A stretch of 32,000 nucleotides of DNA from Vibrio vulnificus CMCP6 (GTDB taxonomy: Bacteria; Pseudomonadota; Gammaproteobacteria; Enterobacterales; Vibrionaceae), in assembly GCF_000039765.1 (NCBI RefSeq), contig NC_004459.3, positions 930,001 through 962,000 of the forward strand, in the 5' to 3' direction. Below the pieces are notes generated by a model that saw only the letters and a list, made by a program, of their open reading frames with translations, made no database searches and was not told the origin of the DNA. Numbering within the stretch: the stretch's first letter is position 1; the number at the start of each line of letters is the position of its first letter. The translations under genes were made by a program, and so were the position numbers. Positions 27,411-32,000 of the stretch are shown piece by piece.

Positions 27411-27469
27411 GAGTCCACTCGGACGCACGAGCTCAATAAGTAAAGGAAAATCAGTCTGAGGAAAGAACC

Positions 27470-27730
27470 ATGAAAAAATCAAATCTTGCTGTTACTGCTG
27501 TTGTTACCGGTTTAATCGCAATGGGTGGCACTATGCTGACTGCAGCGCCTGCTATGGCGGCAGAAAAAGAGAAATGCTATGGCGTAGCCAAAGCGGGCAA
27601 AAATGACTGCGCCACCAAAACCAGCTCTTGCGCTGGTACGGCAAAAGAAGACAACCAAAAAGACGCTTTCGTGGTTGTTCCTAAAGGCTTATGCGGCAAA
27701 TTGGCCGGTGGTAACACACAATCTTCTTAA
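27470..27730 (+). CDS. bufA: DUF2282 bufferin precursor (BufA1-type RiPP precursor)
   Basis: 86 aa: signal peptide [30 protein letters not shown], then core with four Cys ([23 protein letters not shown]...[12 protein letters not shown]); followed by DUF692 and DUF2063 genes. Confidence 0.9.
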   Translation: MKKSNLAVTAVVTGLIAMGGTMLTAAPAMAAEKEKCYGVAKAGKNDCATKTSSCAGTAKEDNQKDAFVVVPKGLCGKLAGGNTQSS

Positions 27731-27765
27731 GCCCCTTATTGAGGTGAACACCACCGCAAAACAGC

Positions 27766-27797
27766 AGGAGCACAGAGGCTCAACCGTGCTCCTCCTT
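27766..27797 (+). terminator. Intercistronic hairpin, possible partial terminator or attenuator
   Basis: AGGAGCAC-N12-GTGCTCCT then CCTTT, between bufA and bufB. Confidence 0.5.
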
Positions 27798-27847
27798 TCT
27801 CACCTCATGTCACACCGTCCGCAAATTTTGCCGCAGGGAGTCTAACG

Positions 27848-28723
27848 ATGTCGAACACTGAGTTTCATCCCCATATTGGTGTTGGGCTTAGACTGCCCCA
27901 TCACGATCATTTTCATCACCATCGACCAGCGTTGTCTTGGTTGGAGATTCACAGCGAAAATTACTTCCAACCCAATTCTTTCCACCGCCAGCAACTCAAC
28001 CAAATGGCGGAGCATTACCAAATCAGTTGCCACGGGATTGGTTTGTCGCTCGGTTCTGTGGCTGGGGTTAATCCACAACATTTATTACGCTTAAAACAGT
28101 TGGTTGATGACTTACAACCATTTTTGGTTTCGGATCATCTCAGCTGGAGCGAAAACGGTGGCCACTACTTTAATGATTTGCTGCCTTTGCCCTACACAGA
28201 GGAAGCACTCGAGGTTTTTTGCCGTAACGTGCTGCATGTACAAGACGCACTAAAACGGCCGATCTTGATCGAGAATCCTTCCAGCTATCTCAAGTACCAA
28301 CATTCCACCATCAGTGAATGGCAGTTTTTGACTGAGGTGCAGCGTCGTACCGACTGCCGCTTGTTGCTCGATCTGAACAATGTCTATGTTTCTGCGTTTA
28401 ACCATGGTTTTGATTGCCAAACCTACCTTGAGGCGATACCAGCAGCGTGCGTTGACGAAATTCACCTTGCCGGCTTCACTATTAAATCGTTAGAGCAAGG
28501 AGAGATCTGGATTGATACCCATAGCCAGCCGGTGTCTGCCGAAGTTTGGCAATTGTATCAGCAGTGGATTGCCCAGCACGGCAGCCGACACACCTTGATT
28601 GAGTGGGATTTGGATTTGCCCCCCGTCGATGTGCTGCTCAACGAAGCAAAAAAAGCCGACACTCTGTTGCGAGCGTCTCTGCTTCATACCAACCCAATGC
28701 ACCCTTCACTAGCGTTAGGTTAA
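27848..28723 (+). CDS. bufB: DUF692 family Cys-modifying enzyme (MbnB/BufB-like)
   Basis: GVGLRLPHHDHF...WLEIHSENYF...GIGLSLG...VSDHLSWS...ILIENPSSYL...LLLDLNNVYVSAFNHG...EIHLAGF...LIEWDLDLP: DUF692 TIM-barrel metal-site motifs. Confidence 0.93.
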   Translation: MSNTEFHPHIGVGLRLPHHDHFHHHRPALSWLEIHSENYFQPNSFHRQQLNQMAEHYQISCHGIGLSLGSVAGVNPQHLLRLKQLVDDLQPFLVSDHLSWSENGGHYFNDLLPLPYTEEALEVFCRNVLHVQDALKRPILIENPSSYLKYQHSTISEWQFLTEVQRRTDCRLLLDLNNVYVSAFNHGFDCQTYLEAIPAACVDEIHLAGFTIKSLEQGEIWIDTHSQPVSAEVWQLYQQWIAQHGSRHTLIEWDLDLPPVDVLLNEAKKADTLLRASLLHTNPMHPSLALG

Positions 28724-28734
28724 CAGGAGGCCAA

Positions 28735-29508
28735 ATGCAACTCGCCGAATTTCAACACCAGTTTCGCCAAGCACTACATTATCAAGCCAGTGGTGAATCC
28801 TGCGGCATTGTTAGTGACCAATTCAGTGCCGAGCAGCGGATACAAATTTACCGCAATAACTTTGTCATGAGTCTCAATGAAGTGTTAGCACTTACTTACC
28901 CCAAGACCTTAGCGTTGTTGGGAGAAGAATGCTTCGAGCAAATGGCGCGCCAACACGTACTCTCTGTGCCATTACACACTGGGGATGTGTCGCAATACGG
29001 GCGTGGATTTGCCAAGACGTTGGAACGTTTCCCCAACGTGAGCCAAGCGGTACCCTACTGTGTTGAGTTTGCGCGCTTGGAAGATCAACTCGATGAAAGC
29101 CAACAGCAACAAAATGAATTCCAGATACCGCGATATTGGCAATCCCTAGAGCAACTTTCACAACTCGAACCAGCACAGCATCAGGCGTTGGTGCTGCACC
29201 TTTTTCCCGGTTGCACGGCTTTTCGTTCCCACTACGCCGTTTTTTCACTCTTTACGGCGATTGAAACACAACAATTCGATCAACTTGAGATTGCGCAAAG
29301 CGAGCAAGGGATATTGCTCTGCCATCAAGCAACACCGCCGCGCTGCATAACGATGACGCCCGCACAATACGAGTTGGTCTGTTTGCTTGAACAACCACTT
29401 CCCCTCGCACAGATACCCGCACCTTTGCTTGCTGAACTGGCTTTTCTGTTCGAACTGGGTATTTTCGCGGGTTTTTCTCTCGCACCACAAGGAGGCTCCG
29501 ATGCGTGA
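28735..29508 (+). CDS. bufC: DUF2063 family protein (BufC; MbnC-like partner)
   Basis: MQLAEFQHQFRQAL...YRNNFVMSLNEVLALTYPKTLALLGEECFEQMARQHV...GRGFAKTLE. Start adjusted from 28603 to the ATG after AGGAGG. Confidence 0.9.
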   Translation: MQLAEFQHQFRQALHYQASGESCGIVSDQFSAEQRIQIYRNNFVMSLNEVLALTYPKTLALLGEECFEQMARQHVLSVPLHTGDVSQYGRGFAKTLERFPNVSQAVPYCVEFARLEDQLDESQQQQNEFQIPRYWQSLEQLSQLEPAQHQALVLHLFPGCTAFRSHYAVFSLFTAIETQQFDQLEIAQSEQGILLCHQATPPRCITMTPAQYELVCLLEQPLPLAQIPAPLLAELAFLFELGIFAGFSLAPQGGSDA

Positions 29509-29947
29509 ATGGCTGAATCGTTATGACACTACCGTTACCCACTTACAATCTTGGGTGGTGCCCGGAGTATTACTATTTTGTCGCCTTTGGGTGGCGTGGG
29601 TTTTCTTCAATGCTGGATTAAGCAAAATCACCTCATGGGATAGCACTCTCTATCTGTTCGAGTTGGAATATCAGGTGCCTATTTTACCCTGGGAGTTGGC
29701 CGCTTATCTCGCCACGGCGGCCGAGCTTAGCTTACCGATCTTACTCGCCCTCGGCGTGTTCACCCGCATCACCAGCCTAGTGCTATTTGCCTTTAACGCG
29801 ATGGCCGTGATCTCCTACCCGCTTTTGTGGGAGAAAGGGTTTTACGATCATCAACTATGGGGGCTGATGCTGCTGATGACGTTTCTTTGGGGCGCGGGGC
29901 GAATTTCGCTCGATCACTGTTTTCGCCAAGAAATAGAGAAACGCTAG
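29501..29947 (+). CDS. DoxX family membrane protein (BufD-like)
   Basis: 148 aa, MREWLNRYDTTVTHLQSWVVPGVLLFCRLWVAWVFFNAGLSKITSW...LFELEYQVPILPWELAAYLATAAELSLPILLALG; overlaps bufC by 8 bp. Start adjusted from 29387. Confidence 0.88.
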   Translation: MREWLNRYDTTVTHLQSWVVPGVLLFCRLWVAWVFFNAGLSKITSWDSTLYLFELEYQVPILPWELAAYLATAAELSLPILLALGVFTRITSLVLFAFNAMAVISYPLLWEKGFYDHQLWGLMLLMTFLWGAGRISLDHCFRQEIEKR

Positions 29948-29952
29948 AAAGA

Positions 29953-29985
29953 AAAATCCCCGCTCAAATTGGCGGGGATTCTTTT
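29953..29985. terminator. Convergent terminator (buf operon / downstream minus-strand gene)
   Basis: AAAAATCCCCGC-TCAAATTG-GCGGGGATTCTTTT. Confidence 0.85.
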
Positions 29986-30268
29986 ATTTGTTCTGTAGAT
30001 AAGCAAGCAGCTCGTCAGCGGAAATACCTTGCTCGGCAAGCTCTTTCGCCATGGATTCAACCTGCTCTCCTTTCCGAGAATTGATAACCTGCTGAAACTG
30101 ATAAACGATATCTCTGAGAACATGCAGTGGCACCTGTTTTGCTGCACTGCGAATACGCTCTTCACTTTGATTGCCCAGTTCAACGAGCAACTTGCCGAAC
30201 ATAATTTTCTCTGGTGACTCTTCCATTTGTTCAAGGATTCGAGCCATTTCATATGTGGTTAACGACAT
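29984..30268 (-). CDS. Small conserved alpha-helical protein, possibly TsrA-like (H-NS-like oligomerisation fold)
   Basis: 94 aa MSLTTYEMARILEQMEESPEKIMFGKLLVELGNQSEERIRSAAKQVPLHVLRDIVYQFQQVINSRKGEQVESMAKELAEQGISADELLAYLQNK; TsrA assignment is from memory. Confidence 0.5.
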   Translation of the reverse strand: MSLTTYEMARILEQMEESPEKIMFGKLLVELGNQSEERIRSAAKQVPLHVLRDIVYQFQQVINSRKGEQVESMAKELAEQGISADELLAYLQNK

Positions 30269-30362
30269 TACCTATCAATTCCGTTAAGTGTCGAATGGTG
30301 GAGTGAGCGACAAATATACACGGCTTCGCCATACAGTAAAACTCTAAATTGGCGTTGCGTGG

Positions 30363-31634
30363 TTAAGCCACCACGCCTTTGCTGTGCCACTGGCGGCCCA
30401 ATTTTGAAAACAGAATCCCTAATGCCGGAACCAGCAGCCACATTTGAATCGCAATCATCAGTTGAGGTTCTAACGCAAAACGCTGCATGGTGCCCACTAA
30501 CAGACCCGCACCACTCATTTGGAATAAGCCCAGCAGTGCGGCAGCCGTGCCGGCTTTATCGCCAAATGGCTCTAACGCTTTACCTGCGGCGGCACCAAGA
30601 ATCCAAGCAAAGCCGACGGATGACAGGAAGATAGGCAACATAAAGGCAAATGGCGTCGCGGTTTCTGCCATCACCAACATGACTACGCCAGCGATCGCCA
30701 GAGTCACCACGCCCACCACCAGTGTATTGTGAGTACCCCATTTATCCATGAACTTAGGTGCCAGCATACAAGCCGCGATATTGATCGCCGCGTTGACACC
30801 AAACCAGAAAGTAAATTGGTTCATGGTTAGGCCAAGCCCTTCCATCAACACCACAGGTGCTGAGGTTACGTAAGCGAGGATCACCGCCATCGCCAGCAAA
30901 CACAGCGTGGCATGGAAAACAAAAGAAGGGGTACTCAACACGGCCCAGTAGCGGCTGAGTTTAAACACCGCTTGTTTTTCCGTCGCCGGGTTGCTCTCGC
31001 GCATGTTAAACAGCATCAGCGTGCCAACGACAACGGCAAAGCCCGCCATAAAACTGAAGTTAGCGCGCCAGCCAAACTGCTGGGTTAGCCAGCTACCCAG
31101 AATGGGGGCAAGCGCCGGAATGAAACAAATGGCCCCGTTAAGATAGCTGATCATTTTGCCACTTTTCTCTGGGCCGAAAATATCGCGAACTGTCGCAAAG
31201 GCTGCTACCGATGTTGCACACGCACCTAAGCCTTGTAGCAGACGGGATACCAACAACCATTCAATATTCTGCGCGCTCCACGCCAATAAAGCGCTCAGTG
31301 CATAGATGGTGATACCGCCCAATGCAACAGTTCGACGTCCGAGTTTATCTGCTAACGGACCGGCAAACAGTTGACCGACGCCCATCGCAAATAGGAACCA
31401 AGTAATCGTGTCTTGTGCTAATGCGTGTTCAACCGAAAAGGTATTGGAAATAAGTGGCAACGCGGGAAGATAAATATCAATTGCCAACGGGCTGAACAAC
31501 ACAAGCAAGGTTAACAACGCCATTTGTAATTTACTGGTTTGGCTCTGACCTGACACAAAACACTCCAAATTGAACAAGAACTTTGATGAGAGTTTAACCG
31601 CCTCGTGATATGAACGGAAATGATGTATATTCAT
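30363..31634 (-). CDS. Bcr/CflA family drug-resistance MFS transporter
   Basis: LVLFSPLAIDIYLPALPLISNTFSVEHALAQDTITWFLFAMGVGQLFAGPLADKLGRR. Track start 31748 overlaps a divergent gene; true start is 31634 or further downstream (e.g. 31523). Confidence 0.88.
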   Translation of the reverse strand: MNIHHFRSYHEAVKLSSKFLFNLECFVSGQSQTSKLQMALLTLLVLFSPLAIDIYLPALPLISNTFSVEHALAQDTITWFLFAMGVGQLFAGPLADKLGRRTVALGGITIYALSALLAWSAQNIEWLLVSRLLQGLGACATSVAAFATVRDIFGPEKSGKMISYLNGAICFIPALAPILGSWLTQQFGWRANFSFMAGFAVVVGTLMLFNMRESNPATEKQAVFKLSRYWAVLSTPSFVFHATLCLLAMAVILAYVTSAPVVLMEGLGLTMNQFTFWFGVNAAINIAACMLAPKFMDKWGTHNTLVVGVVTLAIAGVVMLVMAETATPFAFMLPIFLSSVGFAWILGAAAGKALEPFGDKAGTAAALLGLFQMSGAGLLVGTMQRFALEPQLMIAIQMWLLVPALGILFSKLGRQWHSKGVVA

Positions 31635-31662
31635 CGCTGATATTCTTATTGGGAAATTCAGA

Positions 31663-32000
31663 ATGAACATCGAAAAACTCTCCCGCCTCGACCTTAATCT
31701 CCTAGTCTGCTTGAAAGTGCTGTTCGAGGAACTCAATGTGACTCGCACTGCGCATCGACTTTGTTTAAGTCAATCAGCGGTGAGTAAAGCGCTGGCAAAA
31801 CTGCGCCAACAGTTCGATGATCCCTTATTCGTTCGACATTCACACGGGCTTACTCCGACAGCGCGAGCGCTGTTTCTCAAACCGAAACTGGATCTGTTGA
31901 TCAATCAGTTAGAGCATCTTACTTTGCCGGAAGAGTTTCACCCTGAAAGCAGCGAATACCGCTTTCGTATTGCCGCAGTGGAAAGTGTGTATCCCCTGAT
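31663..32000 (+). CDS. LysR-family transcriptional regulator, N-terminal part (truncated by window end)
   Basis: Not in the ORF track. Translates MNIEKLSRLDLNLLVCLKVLFEELNVTRTAHRLCLSQSAVSKALAKLRQQFDDPLFVRHSHGLTPTARALFLKPKL, a classic LysR wHTH. Confidence 0.92.
   Translation, partial: MNIEKLSRLDLNLLVCLKVLFEELNVTRTAHRLCLSQSAVSKALAKLRQQFDDPLFVRHSHGLTPTARALFLKPKLDLLINQLEHLTLPEEFHPESSEYRFRIAAVESVYPL

Noticed and set aside
27240-27460. AT-rich tract upstream of bufA considered as a mobile-element or att-site remnant
   Set aside because: No flanking direct repeats, integrase or transposase remnants were found; promoter sequence is the simpler reading.
28250-29542. Minus-strand ORFs over bufB/bufC (28250..28465, 28490..28702, 28892..29248, 29252..29542)
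   Set aside because: Antisense shadow ORFs of conserved DUF692 and DUF2063 genes.

Overview
The window looks like Vibrio-type gammaproteobacterial chromosome. It starts with two tandem rRNA operons on the minus strand. Both have a 16S and a 23S, and a 5S is visible for the upstream one. The spacers differ: tRNA-Glu/Lys/Ala/Val in one, tRNA-Ile/Ala in the other. Mostly housekeeping genes follow: fre, a small 2Fe-2S protein, ubiD, a conserved exported protein, rho, trxA, rhlB, gppA, yhhQ, a small DUF3630-like gene, recQ, rarD, an AraC regulator, a LysE-family exporter and uvrD. The most interesting items are (1) a compact four-gene bufferin-type RiPP operon at 27470-29947, encoding a DUF2282 precursor with four core Cys, a DUF692 enzyme, a DUF2063 partner and a DoxX protein; (2) a CsrB/C/D-family sRNA at about 24532-24941 with about 28 GGA motifs, an intrinsic terminator and an upstream GacA/VarA-type palindrome; (3) a candidate preQ1-I riboswitch in front of yhhQ; and (4) unusual hairpin repeats flanking the 5S gene. 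The window ends with a small putative TsrA-like regulator, a Bcr/CflA efflux gene and a divergent, truncated LysR-family gene that is absent from the ORF track. All family calls come from reading the sequence and recalled family features; no search was run.
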